Below, one piece after another: positions 1 through 13,349 of a stretch of 64,000 nucleotides of DNA. Each line of letters starts with the position of its first letter. The first letter of the stretch is position 1. This DNA comes from Eledone cirrhosa (lineage: Eukaryota), in assembly GCA_964016885.1 (NCBI GenBank), contig OZ024748.1:16244001-16308000 (forward strand), in the 5' to 3' direction. Position numbers and translations under genes: made by a program. The notes under the pieces are model-generated. The model searched no databases, was not told the origin of the DNA, and worked only from the letters and a program-made list of their open reading frames with translations.

Positions 1-101
1 TCATTGTTTGACAGGAATTATTTTAAGATGGTTTGTTAATTCAAATGTTTATAGTGTCATTGCCAGTGGAGAGATTGTAGTAAATATTATCAGTATAAGA
101 G

Positions 102-293
102 GGGCGGTGGATTGGTAGTATCGGTAGAGGGTCGGACGCCATGCTTTCCAGCATAGTTACGTCCCTTTACAATCTAAGTTCAAACCCGCCGAGGTTGACT
201 TTGCCTTTCATCCTTACGGGGTCGATAAAATAAAGTACCAGTAATGCACTGGGTAATTGCTGGCCTTCTTGTGCCTAAAGTAGAAACAATTAT
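102..293 (+). mobile_element. tRNA-derived SINE family A, full copy
   Basis: Head GGCGGTGGATTGG(C/T)AGTATCGG (A-box-like) and GTTCAAA B-box-like motif. Core CTTTGCCTTTCATCCTTACGGGGTCGATAAAATAAAGTACCAG, tail GTAGAAACAATTAT. More than 20 copies in the window. Confidence 0.85.
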
Positions 294-315
294 CAGTATA
301 AGTGTTATACATGAA

Positions 316-742
316 TAATAATGGTTTCTACTTTAGGAACAAGGCCAGCAATTTAAAGGAGAGGGGAAAGTCGATTAAATTGACCCCAGTGTTCACTGGT
401 ACTTTATTTTATCTACCCCGTAAGGATGAAAAGCAAAGCTAACCTTGGTGGGATTTGAACTCAGAACATCAAGGGCCGTAACTCTATGCCACGAAGCATG
501 ATATCTGACACTCTACTGATTTAGTCAATCCATTACCATTATATATGAATAATAATTGCTTCTACTTTTGGCACAAGGCCAGCAATTACCCCAATGCATT
601 ACTGGTGCTTTATTTTATTGAACCTGTGAGGACAAAAGGCAAAGCTAATCTCGGTGGGATTAGAACTCCGAAAGTAAATGGCGGTAACTCTATGCTGTGA
701 AATGGTGTCTGGCGCTCTACTGATTCTGCCAATCCATCACCC
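316..742 (-). mobile_element. Two adjacent SINE A copies (316-540, 549-742)
   Basis: Reverse complement of the SINE A consensus, each ending in (AAT)n. Confidence 0.8.
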
Positions 743-843
743 TTATACAGGAATAATAATGCAGTCATACTGATGTTTTTTGATTTTCAAGAAAGTCTCA
801 TTAATATGGCTCCATCTGGTAAAGGATAATTTTAAATACATTG

Positions 844-1071
844 TTAACCCTTTAGTGTTCAAACCGGCCAAAACCGACCTGAATTCTCTACCTCTTTCTG
901 TTGAAACTGGCTGTAACTGGTCACTCAAACTGATGTTAAGGTATTGTTCTCAAAATAAATACTTTTAAAATCTCATAGATTCGATATTATGAGATAATTA
1001 TGTGAGGTAAAAGCTTTACTATGAAAATATAATTGTATATATATAAAGTAATGTGAATGCTAAAGGGTTAA
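844..1071. mobile_element. piggyBac-type MITE family P1
   Basis: TTAA|CCCTTTAG...CTAAAGGG|TTAA termini. The same internal sequence recurs at 7287, 13350-14270, 40919 and 55587. Confidence 0.85.
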
Positions 1072-1074
1072 AAA

Positions 1075-1530
1075 TGTAGGCAGATATGAAAATAAATGAA
1101 TAGGATATGAGAAGGCTTGAGAGAAATGAAGAGAGTATGGTTCAATGGATGTGCAATGTTAATATGAATAAATAGCAAAGCATAGATGCCCTGGAAGAAA
1201 AACTGGGTATAAAAGGAATCAAATGTATTGTACAAGAGAGAAGACTGTGCTGGTATTGATGAAAAAAAAATAGGTATAAGAAGAATCAAATAAAGTGTGA
1301 AAGAGAGAAGACCACACTGGTATTAACATGTGACGCATAAGTTGCCCATCAGGTAAAGTGTCAAGCGTTCCTAGTGGACAAAAGGTGCAATTGAGGAAGA
1401 CCAATAAGAACCAGAACAGAAGTCATGAGAATGTATCTTAAAATGCTAAACCTATCTGAGATGAAAAAGAAGGCAACAAATGGACGGAGGCTGTTCTTAA
1501 ATAGACCTGTCCACCCCACGCAAACATGGA
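1075..1530 (+). pseudogene. Degenerate RTE LINE 3' fragments
   Basis: Decayed similarity to the LERNE..MLRWMCN..LGIRGIKC.VQERRL.WYGHV region of the RTE at 2705-3154. Confidence 0.7.
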
Positions 1531-1583
1531 ATAAATATATATATATATGGAGAGAGAGATATATGGATATAGATACATACATT

Positions 1584-1626
<43 letters not shown>

Positions 1627-1630
1627 ACAG

Positions 1631-3407
1631 GTAATACTAGGTGTCATACCAAAAGATTGGAGCAGTAGCATCATTGTCAACTGCTATAAAGGTAAAGGTG
1701 ATGCACTCGATAGAGGAAACTATATAGGTATAAAGCTGATGGACCAGGTCATGAAAGTAACAGAAAGAATGATAGCACAGTTGATTAGGGACCGGGTGAA
1801 ACTAGATGAGATGCAATTTGGGTTTGTACCAGGAAGAGGCACCACAGATGCCTTCTTCCTTGTGAGGCAGTTACAGGAAAAGGACCTAGCTAAAAGTAAG
1901 CCACTCTACCTGGCATTCGTTGATCTCGAGAAAGCCTTTGACAGAGTTCCACATGCTGTAATCTGGTGGGCTCTTAGAAAACTAGGAGTAGATGAATGGC
2001 TTGTGAAAGCTGTACAAGCCATGTATAGGGGAGCAGTCAGCATAGTTAGGATTAGCAATAAGTATAGCGAGGAATTTAGCGTACAGGTTGGGGTCAACCA
2101 GGGCTCTGTTCTTAGCCCTCTCCTGTTCATCATAGTTCTGCAGGCAATAACGGAGGAGTTTAAGACCGGATGCCCATGGGAACGCCTGTATGCAGATGAC
2201 CTCGCACTTAGAGCTGAATCTATGGTAGAACTAGAGAAGAAATTCCAAACTTGGAAGCAGGGACTAGAAAGAAAGGGTCTCAAAGTCAACATGACAAAGA
2301 CTAAGGTCCTTGTAAGTAGACGAGAAAACAGAACCCAGATCCCCTCAAGGAAATGGCCTTGCTCAGTATGTAGGAAAGGTGTAGGTAGGAACTCCATTCT
2401 CTGCCCCAAATGCAAATAATGGGTACACAAGCGATGTAGCGGGATCTCAGGAAGCTTAATTAAGAATGTAGGCTTCACATGTAGCAGCTGTGCTGGGACA
2501 GCAAGCAGCAAACAGCCACAGTAAACAAGTACGACCAATCTCTGGGAGGGCTCTGTCGAAACAGTAGACAGCTTCTGCTACCTAGGTGACCGAATTAGCA
2601 GCGGAGGTGGGTGTTCAGAAAGTACAATAACTAGAGTAAGAACGGGATGGAAGAAGTTCAGGGAACTACTGCTACTGCTAGCTGCAAAAGGCTTCTCCCT
2701 CAAAATGAAAGGCGGACTGTATGATGCGTGTATCCGAACAGCAATGTTACATGGTAGTGAGACCTGGGCGCCGAAGGTGGAAGACTTACATAGATTAGAA
2801 AGAAACGAAGCCTGCATGCTCCGATGGATGTGTAATAGTAATGTACCCGAACGGCAAAGCATAAATGAATTGAGAGAGAGACTGAGCATAAGAGGAATCA
2901 AATGCTGTGTGCAGGAGAGGCGGTTGCATTGGTATGGACATGTGATGTGTATGAAGGATGACAGCTGCATAAAAAGGTGCAGAGCACTAGAAGTCAATGG
3001 AAACCGCGGAGTGGGGAGACCCCAGAAGACCTGGGATGAGGTGATAAAAGCCGACCTTACCCAATTACATCTCTCAAAGGCGATGACACACGACCGTGAC
3101 CTCTGGCGTCTTGCAGTAATACAGAGTACCCGACCTCCCATGGGTACAAGCTGAAGCATATAGACAATATGCCCCCACACCCTCCCACTGCAAAGTGGAC
3201 GTGTAGGCGCCACGGAAAAAAGCACCCAGCACTCACTGTAAATGAGGTTGGTGTTAGGAAGGGCATCCAGCTGTAGAAATCATGCCAAAATCAGTTCCTA
3301 TATGAGCAAGGCATGGTCAGCCGACCAGACACTGCCACAACAGGACAACCCGTCTAACCCATGCTAGCATGGAAGAACGGACGTAAAACGGTGATGATGA
3401 TGATGAT
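1631..3407 (+). mobile_element. 5'-truncated RTE-clade LINE (RT pseudogene, 3'UTR, (GAT)n tail)
   Basis: ORF 1547-2419 has RT motifs QFGF..GRGTTDA, AFVDLEKAFDRV, GVNQGSVLSP and YADD, followed by a Cys-rich finger, a FCYLG region and the C-terminal ORF 2705-3154. Internal stops. Ends CGGACGTAAAACGGTGATGATG. Confidence 0.93.
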
Positions 3408-3455
3408 ATAAATACATATATATACATATATATACATACATGCATACATACATAC

Positions 3456-3490
<35 letters not shown>

Positions 3491-3914
3491 CATGTTTATG
3501 TTTTTGTGCCTATGTGGTGCTTGTATGTAATTCATAGAATGTTACAAAAATATTTTAAAGGAAAAAAGGAAATAAAACAAAACAGGAAAGCACCAATGAC
3601 AATAGGTTTCAGGGAAAGGACATTTAATTGAGAGCAGAAATGATTAGAATATAAAAAAGAAGAGGAAGGGGAATATAATGAGAAGATAAGGAGAAGAATC
3701 AAGTTTTAATATTGTAAGTAGTTTGTTACTGTGTTATATAAAACAATGCCTTAGGTATAAAACAAATAAAATATAAGTAACAAGGTACCTACCTTATTTT
3801 ACCTGTTTATCCCACTGAGAAAATATACTTTATGAAATGTGTCTAGAATACAAATAACTATTTTGTATTTTCTACTTCAGTTCATGTATTGCATTTATTT
3901 TTTATTTTCAATTA

Positions 3915-4049
3915 TATATATATGTATACATAAATATATAATATATAATATGTATATATGTATATATGATTTTATATATATGTAAATATACATGTTTGTA
4001 TGAGTATATATTTATATCTTATATATATATGTAAGTATACATGTCTGTA

Positions 4050-4104
<55 letters not shown>

Positions 4105-4251
4105 ATATATATATATGTGTGTGTGTATATATATATATATATGTGTGTGTGTATATATATATATATATGTGTGTATATATATATATATGTGTGTGTATAT
4201 ATATATATATATATATGTGTGTATATATATGTGTATATATATATATGTGTG

Positions 4252-4300
<49 letters not shown>

Positions 4301-4420
4301 GTGTATATATATATATATAGAGAGAGAGAAATACATAATATATATACACATATATATGTATACACACAAATATATGTATATGTGTGTATATATATATATA
4401 TACATGTGTGTATAAACACA
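3915..4420. repeat. Compound (TA)n/(TG)n microsatellite
   Basis: Direct reading; source of spurious Y/I/C/V ORFs. Confidence 0.95.
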
Positions 4421-4595
4421 CATCTATATTCTTGTACATGTTTGTTTATATTATGTTATATTTATATATTTTGTATGTAATTTAAAGTTTTAGTCCATCG
4501 GTATTAGAATTGGTAGAGTTGTAGAAGCAGTGTAAGAGAAGAGATGGAAGCAAGTAAAGATCAGTTTCATCTCAATATGTCCTGAGTTCAAATCT

Positions 4596-5362
4596 TGTGG
4601 AGGACCAACTCTCATCCTATGTTTCATCTCATTGGAGTCAATAAGTCTTCCTGTGAACGTGACCTGGGCATTACGGTCAGCAGCGATTTGCGTTGGACGA
4701 GGCACGTCTCTAAAATTGTCAAGAGGGCCGAGGGTGTCTTAGCATCACTCAGCAAGACCTTTGTCAGCCGCTCTCCAGATATCTATTTAAGGCTGTATAC
4801 AGCTATGGTGCGACCACACTTAGAATTTGCATCACCAGTCTGGAACCCCTATCTTGCTCAGGACATTGACCACCTGGAAACTGTTCAGAGACGTGCAACC
4901 AAGCGAATACCCTCCATCAGGCATCTACCATACTCTGAGCGCCTTGCTTCCCTGGGCATGGATTCATTGAAGCTCCGACGCCTGGCAACTGACTTGGTAA
5001 ACACCCACAAAATTGTTAACCATGTTGCCAACAACAACCCTGAGTGCCTTTTCGATTTCTATGTGTCTAACACACGTGGACATGCCCACAAAGTAAGAAA
5101 ACAGCACAGTTCCCATGACTTTCGGAAACATTTTTTCACGCTCAGAGTTGCTGAAGCATGGAACAAACTACCTGCATCAGTTGTTAGCTGTGGAGACACT
5201 GCATCCTTTAGGCCCTCCATGCTTCCCGAGATCCGCCAACACTACAGCTAACACATACAAACATGTACTTCCCTGGCATTTGTGTATTATTCTATGTACT
5301 ATATTGACGAGTTGTAGTGCACCTGAGCACTTTACACAATAATTTCATTATTATTATTATTA
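4596..5362 (+). mobile_element. CR1-type LINE 3' fragment (ORF2 C-terminus)
   Basis: ORF 4595-5251 contains ERDLGITVSSDL, LY.AMVRPHLEFASPVWNPY, LETVQRRATK, TRGH..K and FF..RV...WN.LP. Ends in an (ATT)n tail. Confidence 0.9.
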
Positions 5363-5369
5363 TAAGCTA

Positions 5370-5660
5370 AGAACCAGGCCCATGTTGGTGTAACCCTGCC
5401 TTCTTTGATTTATCACATCCTGGTTATTCTGCTGGATGAAGGAAGGGTTGTCTTTCATTTCTTTGGGGTCATTAACGTTAGGACCAAACTAGCGTTGGTG
5501 TAGGGCCCTTCCCTCTCCTTGCAGTTATCGTATCCTGTGCATTCTCTACTGGATAAAGGAAGGGATGCTTTTCATCCTTTTGGGGGCCAATAATGTAAGT
5601 ACCAGGTAGGGGTGGTGTAGGCCCCTTCTCTTTCCTTTCACGTATCATATCCTGGATATT
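5370..5660 (+). repeat. Degenerate ~110-bp tandem repeat (~2.5 units) containing SINE-core-like CTTTCAT..TTTGGGG
   Basis: Recurring GTTGGTGTA..CCCT, TATC..ATCCTG and GGAAGGG blocks. Confidence 0.55.
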
Positions 5661-5685
5661 TTGCTACCACCAAGAAAATGACCAT

Positions 5686-5750
5686 TGAAAGGGTCGAACC
5701 CACGACACTATGATCCCAAGTCCAATACCCATACCACTAGGCCACACACC
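5686..5750 (-). mobile_element. Isolated tRNA-like SINE head
   Basis: Minus strand GGTGTGTGGCCTAGTGG...GGTTCGACCC has A and B boxes, but no proper acceptor stem. Confidence 0.55.
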
Positions 5751-6510
5751 TATTTGAATTAACCAATCTGTTTAAACTTTGATAACAGGAAATTCTAAAC
5801 AGATAATGAAAAGAAAATATAGATTTTCACACCTCATCTTTCTTATATTATTAACAGCTTTGTGAGAAAAATCTAATCAACATTCAGTACCTTAGAGAGG
5901 GAAGAGTACAATATATTTTTATCTGTTATTTTAGCTTGCCATGACTTGGGGCAAAATCATTAGATCTTTCAGTCTTTCCCTTTTAGTGAGTCCACAAAGT
6001 AGTAAGTGGAAGTAATGAATGTTTGGCTGTAGTATGATTTAAAACAGAGACAATTCTATGTAGCTGATTTGAGGGTGAGAGGGAGAAGAAAGTAGAGAGA
6101 TAGAGAGAAGAGAAAGAACAAGAAGAGAGAGAAAGAAAAAGTGTAGACAGATGTGACTCCTAATATTTGATAGCTTCATATTTCTTGATCCCAAGGAGAT
6201 GAACAGCAAACTCAATCTCTGAAGAATTCGAATTCAAGGTGCACAAAGCTGAAATGAACACCAGATGGCGTTCTACTTGATGCTTCAAGAATCTTATTAA
6301 TTCTTTATCTTATTGTCTACAGATTTTATCAGATTTTTGTGAAACCATTTATCACATGTACATTATTTAGAAGGTGGGAAATAACAGATATACACATCTG
6401 GAATATATTTTTACAATGTTCTGTATTGATGGGATACCAGTCATTTCTATATGTGTACGCACACACATGCATACACACACACACACACACACACACACAG
6501 ATATATATAT

Positions 6511-6695
6511 CGTGTGGTAAAATATCAGGTGGACCATAACCCACCATAGTACTAGATACTTGGGGTAACATAGTGGGTAGTATGAAAATATTCAGGACCC
6601 CGACGGCTGAGCTCCGGCCATTTCAACAGCTAGATCCGAATGATCTAGTTGTCAAAACAGCTGAAGCTCAGCCGCCGGGGTCCTGAATCTTTTCA
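6511..6695 (-). mobile_element. Fold-back element (palindrome 6583-6695 plus one-sided tail), Penelope-like; second partial copy at 49390-49515
   Basis: Imperfect arms around CTAGATC-CGAAT-GATCTAG. The left arm and tail recur at 49390-49515. Microsatellite flanks. Confidence 0.65.
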
Positions 6696-7179
6696 CACAC
6701 ATACACACATTCACATGTGTGTGTGTGTGCTCAGTATTTCCATAGAAAAGGTAAAGGAAAGAAGAGTGCTCTATGCTCTATATATTGTACAGAGCTATTT
6801 AATTACATAATAAATAACACAATATAATTATTTCATTATCAAAGGTTTCAAGAAACTAGATGAGTCTTGCAAGAAACATCTAGCTCATTTGTCAGACCAA
6901 ACAATTATAAAAATAATAAAAATATATATATGTAGAAGTTATATTTAATTTGTTGGGATACAACAAGCAAATATTTTTATAACTGATATAAAGTCCTTGA
7001 AATATGTATAATGAAATAAATATGGTTTTATAAATATAGTTTCCATTTGTTAATATATTATATATATATATATATACTATTATTACTATATTATAACAGA
7101 GTGTTGTAGTTTGCTTGAAACATTGTTGAATAGGAAACACAAATTAAAATAATTTTGAAAACCATACCATGACTAGTGA

Positions 7180-7978
7180 CAGAGTTACGGCCCTTTACAC
7201 TCGGAGTTCAAATGCTGCCGAGGTTAACTTTGCCTTTCATCCTTACGAAGTTGATAAAATAAAGCACCAATAATGAATGAGGTCGATTTAACCCTTTAGC
7301 ATTTAAACTGGCCATATCTGGTCAGAATTCTCTCACCTCTTTCTGTTCAACTGACCACTATACTGTCGTGAAGGTATTATTCTCAAAATAAATAGTATCA
7401 AAATCTCATAGATTCAATATTATAAATGAGATAATTATGTGAGGTAAAGCTTTTACCATGAAAATACGAGGGTAATCCCAAAAGTAAGGTCTCCAAAGCA
7501 ATGGGGACGCAGAGAAACTGTTCGTACGGCTGTTGGCAACACTGTTGTGATTGGTGCTTCCTTCACTCCCAAACAAGCATCCGCGCGCTTCGCTGGGATG
7601 CTCACTCTTGGCTTGGCAGCCATTGAGAATGGAGCTCCCGTTGAACGCTACCGCCAAGTGCGAAGTTCGCGCAGTTATTATATACGAGGGCAATCCTAAA
7701 AGAAGGGTCTCCTTCCGAGGAAAACATGCGTAAAGATTGGCGGATCAATCTGGATGCTCTCTGCATTTTGGTTCTTGAAGTTCCCCCAAAGCACCATCCA
7801 CAGGATTTTAACGGAAAAGTTGCAATATCAGAAGTTGCAATATCGGAAGGAGACCTTACTTTTGGGATTGCCCTCGTACAATAGTATATATAGAGTAATG
7901 TAAACGCTAAAGGGTTAATAGACTTTCCGCTTCCCTTCAAATTGCTGGCCTTGTGCCTAAATTAGAAACACTTATTAT
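7180..7978 (+). mobile_element. SINE A split by MITE P1 (7287-7918)
   Basis: SINE core at 7180-7286 and SINE tail at 7919-7978 flank TTAACCCTTTAG...CTAAAGGGTTAA. Confidence 0.8.
7467..7876. mobile_element. Tc1/mariner-type MITE inside MITE P1
   Basis: TA|CGAGGGTAATCCCAAAAGTAAGGTCTCC...GGAGACCTTACTTTTGGGATTGCCCTCG|TA: 28-bp TIR with 1 mismatch and TA TSD. Extra left TIR at 7685. Confidence 0.85.
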
Positions 7979-8282
7979 TTTTACCATTCTTTGTTTTTAA
8001 ATACCTATGAGTAAATGACAATATGGCAGAAAATATTTGACTTGGCCGACATCAATAAAGTACTTAACCTAGATTGAGATGCCAGTTGTAAATCGCTGGC
8101 ATCACAAAAGTTCAGAACTTACCACCTTCGATATGACTAATTGTAAAGTAGCAACATGATGTCCCATTAGTGCAGTGACAACTGTGAATAATGGAATTAT
8201 ACAAACTGTGGTATCTGCCTGAAAATTGCCTTTGGACATGAAATGTTAAGTAAGAGAATGCAAATCACTGGAACTGTGTGTA

Positions 8283-8317
<35 letters not shown>

Positions 8318-8656
8318 TAATAATAAATATATATGTTTACACCTATGTATTTATAAATATATATATATATATATACATGCATATATACTTTTCCATATAT
8401 ATACATATATATATATATATACATACACACACATACATATATATATATATATATCTAAACCCATGCAATCGTGGAAAGTAGACGTTAAACGATGATGATG
8501 ATATATATATATACATATTACATATATATATGTATATACATAGATATGTTTATATATATTATTATATCATCTGACGTCTATTTTGCACACTAGCATATAT
8601 ATGTATACCTAAATAAATCGCAGATGCAGATACACACACATGCATTGGTGATCTAC

Positions 8657-9239
8657 ATAATTGTTTCTACTTTAGGCACAAGGCCAGCAATTACCCAGTG
8701 TATTACTGGTACTTTATTTTATCGACCCCCGTAAGGATGAAAGGCAACGTTAACCTCGGTGGGATTTGAACTCAGAATGGAAAGGACCATAACTCTATGC
8801 GTCAAAGCATGGTGTCCGACCCTCTACCGATACTGCCAATTCACCGCATATATAATTGTTTCTACTTTAGGCACAAGGCCAGCAATTACCCAGTGTATTA
8901 CTGGTACTTTATTTTATCGACCCCCGTAAGGATGAAAGGCAAAGTTAACCTCGGTGGGATTTGAACTCAGAATGGAAAGGACCATAACTCTATGCGTCAA
9001 AGCATGGTGTCCGACCCTCTACCGATACTGCCAATTCACCGCATATATAATTGTTTCTACTTTAGGCACAAGGCCAGCAATTACCCAGTGTATTACTGGT
9101 ACTTTATTTTATCGACCCCCGTAAGGATGAAAGGCAAAGTTAACCTCGGTGGGATTTGAACTCAGAATGGAAAGGACCATAACTCTATGCGTCAAAGCAT
9201 GGTGTCCGACCCTCTACCGATACTGCCAATCCACCACCC
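8657..9239 (-). repeat. Three near-identical tandem SINE A copies, 195-bp period
   Basis: AATTGTTTCTAC at 8659, 8854 and 9049, with identical junctions. Confidence 0.92.
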
Positions 9240-9499
9240 TACTCATTAGTGCTTTACATAATAAACTCACCGACTACACTCTGTAAAGTGGTTTCTGATA
9301 GGAATAGTATGGAACCTTAAGAAAGCTGCCAAACAATGAAACAGGAGAACACTTGATGTCTGTCAAAGACATAACAATCTCCCTGGTGCTGGTATCATGA
9401 TAAAATCCATTTGGTTAGTATGTAGGATTACATGTAAGCAATATAAAGGACTTTGGCCCACCTGAGGGGAGTGGTCATGCTTAAGTACTGACTCTGTAT

Positions 9500-9698
9500 A
9501 TTCATGTGTGTATATATGTGTATATTATATACATGTGTTTGTGTGTGTGTATATGTGTATATATATATGTGTGTGTGCGTGTGTATATATATGTGTGTGT
9601 GTGTGTGTATATATATGTGTGTATATATATATATATAGAGAGAGAGAGATTGTATATATATATATATATATATACAGTATATATATATATATATATAG

Positions 9699-9740
<42 letters not shown>

Positions 9741-9819
9741 TATAGATTGTATATATATATATATAAATATATATATAATTATACAAGAGGCATCTGTCTA
9801 TCTATATATATATATATAG

Positions 9820-9859
<40 letters not shown>

Positions 9860-10115
9860 TTGTATATATATATATATAGATTGTATATATATATACATAT
9901 ACATATGTATATATATAGATTGTATATATATATATATATATGTGTGTATATGTATATATATATATATGCACATATATATATGTAGACACACACACACATA
10001 TACATATATATATATATATATAATAAACACATATATAAACACATGCAACACATATATGGATAAATAAACATATACATATATACATACTTATAAAAATACA
10101 TGTATATATACACCT

Positions 10116-10154
<39 letters not shown>

Positions 10155-10250
10155 CATACATACATACATATACAAATACATACATTGCACATATATATAC
10201 ACACACACACATACATATACATACATGCACATACATATATATACATACAT

Positions 10251-10293
<43 letters not shown>

Positions 10294-10365
10294 TATACAA
10301 ATACATACATAAACACACACATATACATATATATATATATATATACACACACATACATACATATA
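9500..10365. repeat. Compound TA/CA/TG microsatellite
   Basis: Direct reading. Confidence 0.95.
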
Positions 10366-10598
10366 TGTTTTTTATTGTCAAGGCCCATAATAAACTAATT
10401 ATTTTAAGGCAACATAGACCAGCATTTGGGATTCAAGTAATTTAGTAAGATTTTGACTTAGTAATGTATATGGGGCAGATAATAAACAGAAAATAGACAT
10501 ACAGACTGACAGACAGTTAGACAGTCGTATTTCCTTATTTCTGTTTGTCTTTTATATACATACATATATATATGTATGTATATATATATATGTGTGTA

Positions 10599-10633
<35 letters not shown>

Positions 10634-10777
10634 GATGAGGTATATGATTTTTAATGCAATGAAATATCTATGATCGTCGGCAAATCACTGATGAGGGACT
10701 TATTTTATTACATGTTATCCATGTGCTACCAGCAGTATTTTTCTCCCCATTTTATTACATATATATATATATATATC

Positions 10778-11085
10778 GGAGGCATTGGCCTTGCAATCGA
10801 AAGGTTGTGAGTTCAATTCTCAGACCGGGTGATGTGTTGTTTCCTTGAGCAAGACACTTTATTTCACATTGCTCCAGTTTACTCAGCTGTAGAAATGAGA
10901 TGATAGGGACTGGGGTCCCTATCATTCCACTGCAAAGTGGTTGTGGAGGTGCCATGGCAAAAAAGCACCCAGCACTCACTGTAAAATGAGGTTGGTGTTA
11001 GGAAGGTCATCCAGCTGTAGAAATCAAGCCAAAATCAGTTCCCGTCCCACCCTTGCAAGCAGGGAAAAAGCGGACGTAAAATGAT
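10778..11085 (+). mobile_element. SINE family B (tRNA head, CORE-like middle, RTE-derived tail), head partly deleted
   Basis: B box GAGTTCAATTC. Middle GTTTCCTTGAGCAAGACACTTTATTTCAC. Tail shared with the RTE 3'UTR at 3184-3300. Confidence 0.85.
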
Positions 11086-11095
11086 TAAAAAAAAA

Positions 11096-11128
<33 letters not shown>

Positions 11129-11143
11129 CTGTATATATGCTTG

Positions 11144-11174
<31 letters not shown>

Positions 11175-11329
11175 ATATATATATATATGTTTGTGTATAT
11201 ATATATATATGTGTGTGTGTATATATATGTGTGTGTGTGTCTATATATATGTTTCTGTATGTATATATATATGTGTGTGTGTATATATATATTTGTATAT
11301 ATATATGTGTGTGTGTGTACGTATGTTTG

Positions 11330-11364
<35 letters not shown>

Positions 11365-11477
11365 ATATGTTCCCCCCCCCCTCACTCTCATAAGTGTGAA
11401 CCTAATAAACTCATTTGTACTGCCTCTCTGTTTTTGTTCCTGTCTAAGATTTAACTATATATATATATATATATATA

Positions 11478-12268
11478 TATCATCATCATCATCATCATCA
11501 ACGTTTAACGTCCGTGTTCCACGCTTGCATGGGTTTGGACGGGGGTAGTCCCACTTGAGGCAAGAGTGATTGTCTTGCTCGCATAGGACTGTCTGGCAGG
11601 TTTTCTACAGTTGGATGCCCTTCCTAACACCAACCACATTTACAGTGTGGGTCTGGGAGGTTTTTACCGTGTTGCCTACACGGCCACATTACAGCGTGGA
11701 CTGTGTGTTTTTTTGTCGTGACACCTACACGATCTCATTTGTTTCGGCCTCGAAGGCGCGGCACCAACATAACTTTACATAGAACGGGGTGGTGTGGATC
11801 GGGTGGGGGGGGGGGGGGGGGTGTATTTGTTAGAGATGCCTACTGGCTGGAGTAGGTTTTACTATATATTTAGGTAAGGCGGGTCTTCTCTGTTACTGAG
11901 TACCGCCAAAGGTCTCGGTCCAGTGACATTGTCTTGGAGAGGTGTAAGTGTGTGATGTCGGAGTTTATCAGCTCGTCCCAGGTTTTTCTAGGTCTGCCTA
12001 TTCCGTGACTACCGTCTATCTTTATTGCCCTGCACTTTGTTATACAGCTATCGACTTTCATGCGCATCACGTGACCGTACCAACGTAGCCTTCTCTCGAG
12101 TAAACAACATCTGATCCCTCTTATTTCTAATTTTTTCCTTAGTTCGTTTATGCTTTGCCGTTCACGTATATTACTGTTACACATCCAGCGGAGCATGCAA
12201 GCTTCGTTCCTCTCTAGTCTGCGTATATCCTCTGCACACAATGCCCAGGTCTCACTGCCATGCAGCAT
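11478..12268 (-). mobile_element. RTE LINE 3' fragment with 3'UTR
   Basis: ORF 11870-12268 MLHGSETW..RLERNEACMLRWMCN..GRPRKTW. Tail GGACGTTAAACG(TGA)n. Confidence 0.9.
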
Positions 12269-12307
<39 letters not shown>

Positions 12308-12322
12308 ATATGTTTATATATA

Positions 12323-12365
<43 letters not shown>

Positions 12366-12471
12366 GTGGGTATGGTGGTGGTGGTTGTCAAGATGTGGGG
12401 ATGCCATGCTTCCAACACGTCAACTAGTAAATCACATTTCTGCAAAAGACTAGCCAATCACTGCCACCTAC

Positions 12472-13195
<724 letters not shown>

Positions 13196-13349
13196 TAAAC
13201 CTATGACATAAATATTTACATTTTATTCCTTACGATAATTTCTTTTCAAAACTTCCAGATGTATATCAGATGAAAAAAAAATTTAATTCAATAGGATTTG
13301 AGCTCAGTTTGTGGTTAAAACCCTGAGCTCAAATCCTATTGAATTAAAT

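Noticed and set aside
1906-3225. Minus-strand ORFs 1906-2538 and 2578-3225
   Set aside because: Antisense shadows of the RTE coding region.
10660-10730. CTGATGA near GAAA as a hammerhead (also CTGANGA at 14866, 19701, 34181, 37156, 43523)
   Set aside because: No compatible stems I-III or downstream GAAA...UH.
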